64,000 nt of DNA. Origin: Callorhinchus milii. Lineage: Eukaryota. Shown here piece by piece: positions 26,716-40,309 of this stretch. How positions within the stretch are numbered: position 1 is the first letter of the stretch; each line of letters opens with the position of its first letter. The notes under the pieces were generated by a model, which was given only the letters and a program-made list of their open reading frames with translations, was not told the DNA's origin and did no database searches. Location: contig NW_024704743.1 in assembly GCF_018977255.1 (NCBI RefSeq), forward strand, positions 20,152,001 through 20,216,000, in the 5' to 3' direction. The position numbers and the translations under genes were made by a program.

Positions 26716-26751
26716 GTAAGTGCCAAAATCTACTTCATCAATGCCACATTA

Positions 26752-27215
26752 AAAACAACAACTTGCAGTTATATGGCGCCCCCCAGGCCGGGCGGCATCC
26801 TAGAGCGCTTAACAATGGAGGAGCCTGATGCTGAGCCAGGGGTAGGGGGAAGATGGCCATAGGCATGGTCGAAGGGGAAGGTCTTCAGGCACAGCCTGAA
26901 AATGGAGAAAGAGTGGGCAAGCCAAAGGGATTGAGGGAGGGAGTTCCATAGCTTTGCAGCGTGGTGGCTGAAGGCACAGCCGCCGATGGTGAAGTGGAGG
27001 ATTCGAGGGACAAGGAGGAGTCAGAAGAGTGGAGACAGCGAGTAGTGCTGTGAGAAGAGAGGGGGTTGGAGAGATGGGGGTTGTCAAGGCGTGGAGGGAT
27101 TTAAACAGTAGAGTGAGAATCATGAAGTCGATCCGCTCTGACAGGGAGCCAGTGGAGTTTGGCAAGGGCTGGGGTGATTGGGGTGCGGCGTTTAGTTCTG
27201 GTGAGAATGTGGGCG
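26752..27215 (-). mobile_element. L2 3' fragment directly downstream of an exon donor
   Basis: acaacaacttgcagttatatggcg tail; translation ERIDFMILTLLFKSLHAL. Confidence 0.8.
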
Positions 27216-28125
27216 GCGGAGTAAAAATAAGGGAATATTTTAGTAAAATCTAACCTACCCACTTGTGGCGTTGCTCAAATGAATTTCATGAAGTTATTGG
27301 ATAACTTTTCTATCACAGCTGTTTTCCAGTAGTTACATGTCCTCATTATTCAATAGTGGTTTGGCATTCTACTTCTGGTATTCAATACTGGTTTGGTAAG
27401 AAAGGTTTGTAAACTGCTGAGAGTATTGTCAGTGATGGACCATTTGTTTTAAAAAGCAGAATATTGGCATGATGAGGGAAATTGAATTAATTCAAAAACT
27501 GGGAGTAGTTTGTCCATTTCAACAGAACTACCAAATGGGATCTAAAAGTACTTTACAAGAAGTGATATGGCTAAAGGGTCAATTATGGTACATCCTTTGT
27601 GTTGATTGTGAAAATCTGTTGAATAATTTCAATCAGCATTCAGCTAGATGGTCCAGTCTATTGGACTGTCTAAACATGTTTTTTAATGTTGGCAAGGTGC
27701 TGGCAATTACTCCTCTTTGGCAAAATTAAAACTGTAATACACCAGTTCAAGAAGAACTGCACAAGCAAGTTAATTTCCATGTGCAGTGCTTTGATTTGCC
27801 CCTGTATGGAGCAGTATAGAGCTGTTAGTATAACTGCTCATACCGACTTTGTAACTGGAGCATAAAATGCTTTGTAATATTAGCTCATTTGTTTTTCATG
27901 CTTCGATTAAATTTTTTAAATTAGTAAATTTTCCAGAGTTATCACGTCTGCCTTTTTAAATCGAAATTACTAAATGGGAATGAAGTCTATTAGAGTGATT
28001 GACATGAATGACATTTTGTTTATTGTTCAGCTTGAATACTACACCAGTTGAGTTTTGAATGTAAGCTGTAACATGTATTATTTTAACTTGCAGACAATTA
28101 TTCAAGCAATTATGCTAAAATATAG

Positions 28126-28465
28126 TAATAATAATCTTTGCATTTGATATCATGTTTTTGAGATGACTCAAAGCACTTCACAGAATATATTGTAAAGTGA
28201 ATTGACTATATTTTGTGGGTGAAACTCAGCAGCCAATTGTGTACAGCAGTGTCCCACAAACAGTCATGAATTGAGTGACTACATTTTTTGGGGAGGGATT
28301 ATTACTCCCAGAATGCAATCCAGCAATCGACAAACAACTGAGTTCCTACTTACTGCTAGGTATACTGAGCTGTTTGGAGTAAGAAAACCTGCCTAAGGTT
28401 TTACCCTGCCCGGGTCTTCTCGCTTGTGAGGTGAGTGCGCTAACCACAATGCTACGGGACTCCAC
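28126..28465 (-). mobile_element. tRNA-derived SINE, long form
   Basis: Same head and tail as the short form, plus the internal block gttcctacttactgctaggta (+ strand reading). Confidence 0.88.
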
Positions 28466-29371
28466 ATGCAGTTCACATTTATTTTGACAATTTCAATATA
28501 ACCGGGTGCAAGGTTCAGATATATTAAGTAAATAATGCCTCTCATATTATCTAACCCAAAACAACAATGACTCTCTGATAATGGAATTAATATATTTTGA
28601 GAGGGGCATGCTTCCAATTTTCATGTATTTTTTTTTCCTACTGTTCGCTACTTCACATAGCATGGAGGGTCAAATAGATGGTGATGTTGATCATGTTTCC
28701 AGGTCCCAGCATCTACTAATATAAGCTGGCCATCGGATGTGTTAGGGAACAGCCCTCGAATCACAGTCAACAATGTTTTTCAATATTTAGCGATATTCTA
28801 GAACTGAAGGAGAGGATATGGAGAACGTGAGCATGATCCTGTCTTTCATTCCACAAAGCAGTGTCCTCTGCTTCAAAGTGTTGCATTATCACACTGAGTG
28901 GAATTTTTTTTAAAAATCATTTTGCACACTAACATTCACACAAGCAAAGTGCAATCTACTTCCAAAGGTCATTGGAAGAAATGTGGAATGTGTGACATGT
29001 TGGTTCAAATCCTTGGTAGAGCAAAATAATGTTATGATTGATGAAAGAAATTCTATACAAGAAAAAAAATCCATTTCAATATCTCAAAACTAATTTGACG
29101 AAACAAATCTTCCCTGGAGCAAAACTTCCAAGTGAGTTCAACAAAATTTAGCAAGGCCATGAAGCTTCAGACGTTAAAAGCAACTAACTGTTTGCATTAT
29201 TTTGCAAACTACATTCAACTGTAAGCATCGTTTTTGACAGTTTACCAGTGCAGTTTAAATTGTTCTTGTTACTTTCTGGGATTTACATTTGTTTAGATGT
29301 TCTGACATTGATCACCTATTAACATTTATTTCTCTCTCGTGTTGAGTTATTATTCTAAAAATATTTTTTAG

Positions 29372-29456
29372 AAGAAGGGCAAGCATTCATCTAATAATGC
29401 ATATGAGGAAGGCTTGCGTAATTCCTCATTACGTCCTCAGTCCTTGGGAAAAAAAA
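29372..29456 (+). CDS. MLLT10: Probable MLLT10 coding exon (KKGKHSSNNAYEEGLRNSSLRPQSLGKK); 85 nt as written, 1 nt out of phase
   Basis: Acceptor attttttag|AAG AAG, donor A8|gtaaat. Position and sequence resemble the recalled human segment KKSKRGSNRSYDQSL...EKK. Confidence 0.72.
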
Positions 29457-31819
29457 GTAAATTGCATGATCTCTAAAGAGATTTCATATTTTACAGTGAT
29501 TTTTTGCACAGAGATTGCTTTTACAAAGTTAAATGCAATTTTATTTGGAGGAGGAAGTTGCGAACAGTGAATTTAGAATAGATTATGAGAATACTGGTAT
29601 TTACAAAATGTTACTTGGAAATATAATTGATAATTAATTGAATAAAGTATCCGAATTTTAGCAACTAGAGAATAAAAATGAATGAAAAGTAATTTAGCCT
29701 AGGATCATTATTTTTAATTTTTTGCATTTCCGATGATTTATTTGATCTTATCTACTATGGCTTTTTTTGGCAAACTTTCTTACTGAGATGGCAAAATGCC
29801 ACATATTTCACAGGGGAGTTGTCACTTTTGAATGAAAATATAAGCATGACTAAATAGTAATTGCTTGCCAGCTGTCTTGCATTCCAAATGTTTATTCGGA
29901 TACAAACATCCGATTGTCAGAGAACATCTTTAAAAATATTTGTTATTTAAACTGAAGTTTCACTTTTTTATGTATTGATACAAAGATTGCTTTCAGAAAG
30001 GAAAGAAATAGGGTGCAGTAAACTTGGAAATATTTGCTGAATGACCATTCATAAACTAGGCATCTCAAAACATAATTATCAATACTCAACCGATAATGTT
30101 TTGTATGTTCATAATCATTTTTAAACTACTACTAAAAATAGAATTAACTGAAGCAAAGGTTATTGAATAGCAATCTGGAGTGGGAATACTTGTTATGTAT
30201 ATATTTTTTCTTGCCAAACCCACTGTAACTCAGGAATCGAGCTGAATTGAACCCCTCCCCATTCTCCACCCGAGTGAAAGGTTGATGCGTTATGTTGACG
30301 GCCTCAGATTTAATATGTTGAAGTATGTAAATTCACGTTGTTGGGACACCTTTATCTTTACTGCCCATTCCCATACCAGACAGCATATTTACTGAGCCAT
30401 CAGAGGAGCACAGGATGAAGAAAGGTATACTTTTTTATTGTTTTTGGTGAGTTTCATTTTGTGATATGTAAATAAAAGGTGTTCAGCAGGAAATTTACTA
30501 CAGTATCTGATATTGAAGGGTGGGATATTTGGGTAGGACCATAGACTAGTCATGAAATTGGAACCAAGTTGAAAGCTAAATGGTTAATGCTTGAGCTATG
30601 CAGAAAATATTTTGGTATAATTGCGGTACATCACAGCAATTTACATTTCTACATAGTGCTTTTCAAGTTTGGAAGACATGACTGGGAACCTAATGTTTGG
30701 GATGAGGGGGGCGAGGGGGAAGTGCAAAAACAAAGGTGGCTGAAAGCAAAGTCAAAGAGAATGTAGATTTTTAAAATGGAAAGGGAGGGGGCAAGGAGAA
30801 GTGCAGTTAGGCCACCTGAATATGGAATGTCCCTAAGTCTAGGATGAATCTTGTTTGGTTAGCTGGGTATCTTAACACGTTGGAAACCCATTCCAAACAA
30901 GAGGTCCATGTGTCCCGTCTATACATAGAAATTCCAGAGATGATTATCGAAATGAAATGCGCACTCTCTTCCTGCTTACCTAATTCTGGAGAGCACTGGG
31001 TGCAGGTTGGCAAGTGCCAAGGCTTGAATCCCAAGCCTATGTTTCAGAGTATACTTCAGAGCTTGCCGTTGAGAACAGTTTACAATACTTGTCCAGCCAG
31101 GTCCACCCATTTGGGTTCGGGGTCAGTTTAACTTCTTTATTTTCCCTTCACTCCACTCCACCCTCCCCCAAGGATAGTCACTTGTTGGTCAAGCAGAGCC
31201 TTCATGCGATGGATAGCAGGTAGCAGCAACTAAAAATTTCCTGGTGAGCAGCACAGCTCAGAATGAAATGTGTGAAAGCAGTGCCGCCATTCTGCCCACA
31301 CCTCAGATACCCAATAAGTGATGGTCGCTCCAGTTGGGAGATGTGGAGCTTGAACAGCATCTGCTGCCTTTCTGCATACCAATCAAGATGGATAGCAAGA
31401 CCTGGATGTTTGAATGTGTATTCACAAACCTGTACTTCGGATATCTCCTCTTAGCAGCAGTCGTCCCAAGCCTCAGTTTCCTTGTCAACCATTTGATGGG
31501 CATTTGTCTTTTGTGTGGTGGGAGGACTTTTACAGGATAGCTTGTGATGTGGTAGCTGCATTGTTGATCTGGAGAAGTGGTGGCCAACAAAATACATTTT
31601 CTTGATTGAATATTTCTTGATTTACGCCATAAATACATAGAATATAATCCCTCAGGGAGACAGGTTGAGTATATAGATGGGGATAGAGATTAGGACATGG
31701 AAGGGGACAGAGGAAGGAAGACGAACCAAAGACATTCTCATTTCCAAAATTATGCTTGCTACCAACAGCTTACTCCCACAGACAGACACCTTGGAAGGTC
31801 TGTCAGAGTGAGCTGCTGG

Positions 31820-32703
31820 TATCAGGACATCCAAGCCCTGGATGAGAGCTAACTTTCTTCAGTTGAATGTCAGCAAGACCGAGGCTCTCCTAATTGGCTC
31901 CCGTCAGCACCTCCTCATCTCAGGCGCTGACAGCATCACCATCCACGGTTGCACACTCCACTTTGCCAATCCAGTCCGGAACTATGGCGTCTTGTTTGAC
32001 ACTCAACTATTCTTTCTACCCCACATCTGCGACATGATCCGCTCTGCCTTCCCCCACTTCCGCAACATCACCCGACTCTGCCGCTGCCGAAACCTTCATA
32101 TGTGCTTCCATTACATCGAGGTTTGACTATTTCAACTCCTTGCTTGTCGGCCTCCCCAACTCCTCCCTCCATAGGCTGCCGATCATCCAAAACTCTGCAG
32201 CCTGCGTCCTCTGCTGCACCAGGCTCCGTGACCCTATCACCCCCATCCTCACCTGACTCCATTGGCTTCCCATCACACAGAGGATACAGTTCAAGATCCT
32301 GGTCCTCACCTTCAAAGCCCTCCATGGTCTCACTGCCCCATATCTCTGTGAGTCCTAACCCCCTACCATCCTACTCATTTCACTCCGCTCAGCAGGCTCC
32401 AGCCTGTTTCATGTCGCTTGCCCCACTATTGGTGGGTTGGCATTCTGTCACTCTGTTTCACCCCCCCACCCCGTGGAACTCCATCCCACAGTCCCTCTGC
32501 CTTGCCCCCTCCATTGCCTCCTTCAAGATCTATCACAAGACCCTCCTCTTCAACCAGCTTTCGATCTCCCTGTTTGCCTCCACCTCCAACCTCCCCAATC
32601 TCCCCCCCCCCCCCCCCAGGTCAGGTCTAAAACTCTGTCTGTCCAGCGCCCTGGGATGTCCTCCCGACATGAAAGACACTATACACATGTCATTTTGTTG
32701 TTG
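31820..32703 (+). mobile_element. L2 LINE 3' fragment with frameshifts
   Basis: MRANFLQLNVSKTEALLIGSRQ...; colinear with the 14858..16091 copy; ttgttgttg tail. Confidence 0.9.
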
Positions 32704-34171
32704 GTCGCAAGCATAATGCATAATTTCCTTCCAAGGTCTAAGCGCTCCTTTCTACTGCCCAAGATAAGATGAACCATTTTACTAGACTCGTACAACATCA
32801 GATGGAAAGTTTGTTCAGTGTTGCTCAATGCAAAACTTTTCACTACTTTCTTGTGGGGCTATCATACAGTATTATTGTCTTACACACACACATTCCCTTT
32901 TGATATTGATTGCAATAAATAATGTCCCTTAACTCCTTTACAAACATGATTTATTACTGTCTCTTGGATGTCGCTGTGCCAAGTCTTGGTGGAATGTATC
33001 TGCAAAAAGAACAATGCAAAATAATTTTCATACTTGTTTTACGAGTACTCGTGATGTTACTTGGTAGAGCAGTCCTTGCAGCTGGAGTCCTTGTGCTCCC
33101 CCACCAGGGCCCCTGCTCTTTGTAAACGTCACTGCATGGTCAATCTTCCACAGTTTGTGGAGTTGTAAACTACAACACAGCAGGATACGAGCAGTCTTTA
33201 AGCATTTATCTTCAAGGCGATCATTCTCTGGTCCTGCCGAAATGCATTATAACTTGCTTCACTGCATTCAAACCTTTAGTTAGTGCAGCTATTGATATTT
33301 ACTGTGTAGATACAAGGCAATATTAAAATATTTTTGAAAATGTTTCACAGAAGTAGCAAAAAAAACTGATAAGTGGTGCATTATTCTTGTGTTTCAGTAT
33401 TGATGTGAATCTAATAGTGTTTGCATTAGATTGTTTGCCTGATCAAAGTCCTCAAAAAGGTCATTAGCTTGTAGGATACTTATCATATTTATTGCCAGGT
33501 TTTGAAGAGGATGATGCCTAACCTGAGAATTACTAACTCGGTAGAGCCAAGAGATCAAACTTTGGATTTCTTAGTCCTGGATCATAGTGTTTATTTACTT
33601 AGCCATTAGAGGCTTGAAAATCCAGCTAGCCTTTCTCTCTAAGACCAATTGTGTTTAAAATTTAAGGTGGTGCAGAATTGTGGAAGATTCTTAAACTCAA
33701 CCTTAATTTGCAAGAATGCTTTTTAACTACTGTGGAAGTGACGGTTTATGGACAGATTGGCTGTCACATTTGCCTACAAATACAATAGCATCACTTTATA
33801 GTATGTCCTGTGAAGTGTGTGAAATGTCCTTCCGACAGAAAAGGTGCAATATCAAATGCAAAGATTATTATAAAGCTGATCATAAATAACTCATTGAAGT
33901 GCCCATTATTCACATGTTAATAATGGCCACATGTGACAATGAGGTCTGTTTTATACCGTGAGTAAATAGCTGTATTTAATTGGTAACAAAGCTTCATTAG
34001 TTAACCATATAATTGAAGGCACCTGTAATTCCTTCTGTACATATGATGCATAATAATTGTTTACACATTTGTTTTAATATGGCACAAACTATTCTATTCA
34101 GGGCTCACAGGCATCTAATAACTGCTCAGTGAGTTATCGTTGGGTCTCTGGTGCCTATGGAAGTATATCCC

Positions 34172-34965
34172 AACAACAAATGCAGTAATATAACACCTTT
34201 CACGTTGTCAGGATGTCCCAAGTTGCTGGACGGTCAGAGATTTGGACCCGCGCAGAGGCATGGGATCGGGGTAGGAGGGTGGCCGAAGGCGCAGTCGAAG
34301 AGGAGGGTCTTGAGAAATGCCTTGAAGGAGGCAAGGGAGGGAGCGAAGCGAAGGGACTGTAGGATGGAGTTCCGAAGGGTGGGGGCAGAGAGGCTGAAGG
34401 CCAAACCGCCAATGGAGGGGCAGGCCGGTCGGGGGACATGGAGCAATTCACAACCTGTTGAGCGGAGGGAGCGGACAGGTTGATATGGGGTTATCAGGTC
34501 ACAGAGGTAGAAAGGAACAAGGCTGTGGAGGGTTTTGAACTTGTGGGGATGGGAAGCCAGTGGAGCCAGGCGAGGCTGGGGTTGATAGGGTCATGGAGCC
34601 TGGTGCACGAGAGGATATGAGCTGCAGAGTTCTGGATCATCTGCAGCTTGTGGAGACGAGTGGGGAAGTCCGACAAGCAGTGAGTTGGCATAGTCGAGCC
34701 TAGATGTGATAAATGCGTGGATGAGTGTTTCGGCAGCCTTAGCAGAGAGGCAGTGGTGGAGCTGGGCAATGTTGCGGAGGTGTGGGAAGGCAGATCGGGT
34801 CAAGGCACGGATGTGGGATAGAAAGGATGTTTGAGGGCCAAACAAGATGCCAAGGTTCCGGACTAGCTCAGTGAGGTGGATTTCATCCTCGGATGGTGAT
34901 GCTGGCTGTGCCTGAGGTGTGGAGGCGCTGACGGGAGCCAATTAGGAGGGCCTCGGCCTTTGTTG
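34172..34965 (-). mobile_element. L2 LINE 3' fragment
   Basis: VRNLGILF...AAETLIHAFITSRLDYANSLLVGLP; aacaacaaa tail. Confidence 0.9.
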
Positions 34966-35771
34966 ACCCTAGTAAAGGAAAAAAGCGTTGATGTTGTATG
35001 ATTGACGGAGAAAAGTTTGTTCGGGAAACAGCTGCTATGGTGAGTGGTTGTTCTGTTTCAGCACTTGGGTTGCATTGGATGAATTCAATCAATATCCTAT
35101 CTACTATCCCCACTTTTGTTAAATCTCAGTGGGAGTTAATATTTTCTTTATCAATACGTGTAATTAATAATTAAATAATTATTCAAGTAATGCATTTTCA
35201 GAAAAGAGACATTTTGGTTGCATTCTAAATGTGGATCTTGGGAGAAATGGTCTATTGTGTTAATATAAAGATTCTTCTGGTCTCCTTTCGCTGTATTTCT
35301 GAATCAGTTAATAGTATGGTGTTTTAATATGCCATCATCATGTTTCAGGTGCCTGCATTTAGCATCCCCTGATAATGTCCAGAAGCTAAGAATGCAAATA
35401 AATCTTCAGTTGTATTATATATTATCACTCGGGTTTCTCATAAAATGTTAGCCTTCTGCTACAGAAAGATTTCTATAAAATGAAGAAGTTGAAGGCTTTC
35501 AGTTCAACAATTCCTGTTTTTAAATTTCAGAGAACTAAACTCAGTAAAATAGTCTCAGATTTTGGCATTAAACATATTGCATTACAACATATAGATATGC
35601 TGTCAGCAATGTACAGGGAATCCCTGATATAAAGTGCCTTGCTGCAGCTTCGGTTATTTTTAACATCTGTGTCCTGTGGACCTACAGTTATTCAAAGCTT
35701 AGGATGCTTTGGGTGCTAAAAATGGCTGACTTCTGATTTGCCAGATCACCATGGAATTCACTTCCTTTGCT

Positions 35772-36200
35772 ATAATAATCCTTGCATTTGATATAACGCT
35801 TTTCATGTTGGGATGATGTTTCAATGAACTTCACGTGATTTACTGTAAAGTGCAGTGACTGGATTTTTTTGCAGGCAACTTGGAGGCCAATTTGCACACA
35901 GCAGTGTCCCACAAACAGCCATGAAATGGTTGATCAATTTTATGGAGGATTGTTGGCGAGGACAGTGGGAGAAACTCCATTCTCTTTTTGATTTGTGCCA
36001 TGGGATCTTTAACATCCACCTGAAGCAGGCTGACCGTATTTAAGCTTAATATCTCATCCGAAGGATGCACAGTGCACACCCATCCACTGCATGGAGTATT
36101 GGCCTCTTATGTGAGTTCAAAGTCCCGACATGGTGCTTGAACCCTCAGCCTTCTTTCTGACTCAGGTGAGAGTGCTATTAATTTAGCCAAGGTGACACCT
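35772..36200 (-). mobile_element. Deu-type SINE, near full length
   Basis: Reverse complement of the 10950..11325 type (gtgccatgggatctttaacatccacctga; ctgactcaggtgagagtgcta). Confidence 0.8.
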
Positions 36201-39135
36201 AAGCACAGGACGGTATGCACAGGAAATGCTGCTGACTGCTCTTTCTGTGCATAATGCACATATGCGGAACGTCCAGTAAGTGTAATCAGTGGAGACCTTA
36301 AAATCCCGAAGTCAGGTCAATTTTTGAGGCCTGTTTTAACACGGCCTCTGAGTTACTGGACTTGGATGTCTGTATGATAATGGGGTTACCCTGTAGTTAT
36401 TAAAGGAATTTTGGAGCTGATCATTGCAGTTTGATTTTTTTTAAAAACAAATTGCTGAAAAATTATTCCTAAAGAATACATAATGTATAAAAACGTGCCA
36501 CATTTTACATGAGAATAACTGGGTGTTGAGATGACTTGAAGATGTGATAAGGTGCTACATCAAATGTAAGGATTATTTATTATTTATTTAAATGTTGAAT
36601 TTGAAAATGGATACTATTCTATGCAGCTGGGATTATATTTTGTATGCTGTAGTACTAATGCTACTGGTATGTATTTTAGTTTGAGCGTGGAAATAGTTTT
36701 GCGTGTACAGAGTGACCAAAAATCATGATACCATTACAATGTCTAATAAGTCTTAAAGAAATTATGATATTTTTGTTTTTTAGATAATAATAATCCTTGC
36801 ATTTGATAAGCGCTTTTCACGTATTCTAGATATAATAGGGTAGTTATCACCCTGTAAATCTTTTTACTAACTACTGTATCATGTTATCTCTGTGTTAAAG
36901 TTGCAATGTCTTCAGAACGGTGACAATAATGGACCATTTTGCAAGTATGACCTTAAATGGTTAAAATGATGCATTAAATTATATATGTCTAAATTTTGAC
37001 TAAACTGGACACTTAATACCCTGCACAGCTGGCAGCTGATTATTGGTTGATCCTTTTTCCATGTGACTCGGCACTTGGTTTTACCATGGGGAAATTGAAA
37101 GTGGTTTTGAGACACTAGTTTCAGGTCCCTGTGGAATGGCAGTTTTAAAGTGCGGTGATCCTATAGCTTATAGTTGTCTGAAAAGAGGAGGTCATTGAGG
37201 AATGGACCCTAAGGCTACCCTTTAAAAGGAATTCTGTGATTACTATTGGGGGATGGGACTGTTCTACTTAAAGTCTGTGCAGCTGGATTAAAAACATCAC
37301 ACCAATAGGCTCACAGCACTCAGTGAATCAAATGTTTAAATCCTTTTGGAGGCCTAGTTTGTTGTAGCCTGCTGGGTTTAATAATAGAGCCTGGTTTATC
37401 TTGTTTGCTGTGTAGGAAGAGTGAAGTTTACTGTTCTGTTCATCACATGCTGATAAGAGATGAAGGTGGGGGTTGGGCTGCAATCCAGTCAGTTCCCCAG
37501 TCTGTTAAACTTGCATGTTTGGGGTATATTTTATAATTTTTATATTAAGAGTATGCAAGGATTGTTAAGAGTACATGTGTGTTTCAGTGTTGTACTGAGA
37601 TCATTTGAATTCCAGCGGCAATTGAGTGCCCTGTGTAAGAGCACATTGTATGTTCCGAAATCCCACCCCATTGTCTGTCATCACTATCAGTTAACTGGTC
37701 TTATCGACACCAAGTAAATTGACCAAAGGGCAGCACCTTTGATGTCTTTGTCTTTGCTCAAAAATCAGTAAGTAGGTTTTGGAGGAGCTCAATTTGGTCA
37801 GAGTACTGTTCTTTCTCTGATTCAAAAGAAATGGATGGTAAGTCTTGTTACTCCTGTTTTATCTGTTTCTGTTTCAGTCTGGCACAGTAGATCTTTTCTT
37901 TTTGAACAGTTCAGATGATAAAGGTATGTTATTCGAGCACATGGCTCTTTGCAAGGCAATTTTCTTGTACTTTTAAGTTTTAACTGATGTAGAATAAAAG
38001 GAACACCATATCCGGAGGCGATATATTTAATCTTTAATGTGTGGGATTTTTAAAATATCTAGTAGGAATTAAAATGTATAGGTCATTATTGCGGTAAACT
38101 GAGTTTACTCTGAGGAAAATCTACATCCAGAGTAGTTTTTTAAAAAAACATATAAAGTGCCATTCTTACTTCTCATTTCAAACCAGTTAAGTTTTTTTTT
38201 CTTAAACACATTTCCTGGCTCATGGATTTTCAAATGCTGTAAAAACATCGTAGATTTATTATCTAACATGTTTTATCTACTTTTCTACTTTCTGCCTCAG
38301 TAAAGATTCTGTGATCTATGGACTCTCCACGATAGAAAATATGCAGAGAAATGGCATACCTTACTGATGAAATATACAGGAGCAGTTGTGATCAGAATGA
38401 AAGTATCTTACGCTACCATTAGACTAATGAGCCATTTATCAGTTTGCTGGTGAAGATTACTGTACTCAAAAATTTAACTAATTTTCATTGTTCTTTGCAG
38501 TTTGCAGATATTCAGATCGTTTACCACCACCCCATTTCTTCCTTTCGTGTTTCTGACTTGGTCATTGTGAAGCACTCCAACGTGTTATACGACTTGAAGG
38601 GAGCTATATAAATGCTAGCTGGTGGTGTTTGTTTGTTTAACCATGGTGTTGTACTGTAACTCTACAAAATATGTGCAAAATTTCATAAGTTCATACATCA
38701 GTTTATTATGTATGTCAGAGGGAAACTTACAGAATGTGGAACCGGGTGATAAGTGAAATCTTCACATCAGCCGTCACAAATGGACCATGGCAATTCCTGA
38801 ATCTAGTCCTTTTAGCTGGGTAGGTTTTGTTATGATGGAACTCAGGAAGTAAATGTATGCACGACATCTGGACCAGATGGAACTCGCTCTATAATCCTCT
38901 AGGAAATGAGAGAGGAAATAGGTGAGGTTCTGGCTAATGTTTTTAAAGGAGTTCTGTAAATATAGGAACTTAGCTGAAGGGCTGGAGAATGTTTGTTTTG
39001 ATATTTCAGAAAATGAGTGGGACATGATCGTAAGAATTATAGACTAGTTGGCTACTGACATTAGTAATTGGAGAATTGTCTTGAGTGCATTTAAAAGATG
39101 CTGCCTATTCTCATTAAATGCTGTTTTCATATTAT

Positions 39136-39443
39136 GTGGAGTCCTGTGGCTCAGTGGTTAGAGCACTTGCCTTGCAAGCGAGCGACCTAGGTTCGATTCC
39201 CAGGAGGGCGAAACCATGGGCAAGTTTCCTTACTCCACACACCTGATAATAAACCTTCAAGAAAAAAAATACAATAATAAATTGGTCACTTCAATCCATG
39301 TTTGTGGGACACTGCTGTGCGCAATTGGCTGCCGTGTTTCGCTCACAAATATACAGTTGATTCAGTTTACAGTATATTCTGTGAAGCGCTTTGAGACGTC
39401 TAGGAGACGTGGAAAGCACTATATCAAATGCAAGTATTATTAT
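39136..39443 (+). mobile_element. tRNA-derived SINE, short form
   Basis: gtggagtcctgtggctcagtggttagagc...ggttcgattcc head with shared body and tail. Confidence 0.92.
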
Positions 39444-39449
39444 GTTGGT

Positions 39450-39855
39450 GCCATCCTAGCTCAATGGATAGCACTCTTGCTTTGGAAGTCTGAAGATTGT
39501 AGCTCCACGTTGGGACTTTGAGCTCAATTCAGGCAGACACTCAGTGCAGTGTTGGGGAGTACCTGACTGTCTGAGGTGCTATCCCTCAAAAATGAGACAT
39601 TAAATCAAGTATGCCTGCTTAGTCAGGTAGATGTTAAAGATTCGATGGCCCGATTTGAAAAGAGAATGTAGTTCTCCCAGTGTTTTGGTCAACATTACCC
39701 TGCTTTAATTAGTCATTCACTTCATAGCTTTCTTGGTAAATTTGTGAAAATTGGTAGCTGCATTCGCCTACAAATTCAATCACTGCACTTTACACATAAA
39801 TCCCTGTGAAGTGCTTTGAGACATTTTAACATCATGATAGGGATGCATAATAAAG
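39450..39855 (+). mobile_element. Older Deu-type SINE directly behind the young SINE
   Basis: tagctcaatggatagcactcttgc...atgagacattaaatcaag...caggtagatgttaaagattcgatggc. Confidence 0.72.
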
Positions 39856-40309
39856 ATGTCCATTAGCAAAATATAGGTAAAGGAAATGAATTTGAGTACG
39901 ATGCTGCCCAGCTGCCCATTTACTGAAAACATCCAATCATTGTGAAGCTTCAAGGCTAATCTCACTGGTTAAGATTACTGGTTCTCAAGGGCATTTGAGT
40001 AGTAAGTAGAAATGTTATCCTAACCTTGTATAGATTTACTGAGGCCAAATCTGGAATTTCACATGCAGTTTTGACGTCTACTTTCAAAAGCAATTGCTGT
40101 ATATTAGAGAGGATCATAGGCCATCATGGATGATTCTGAGATTTGATGGACAAATGTACCTGCACATTTTTAAAATGCTGGAGAGTGGAGAATGTGGATG
40201 TAAAGACAGTTGCCTTGGACTTTGAGTTCAGTACTATAGAGGGCGTGAGATTAAAATTAACAAGCCTCAAGCAAGATTTTTAAGGATTTCTTGCCTACTG
40301 AGAACTAGA

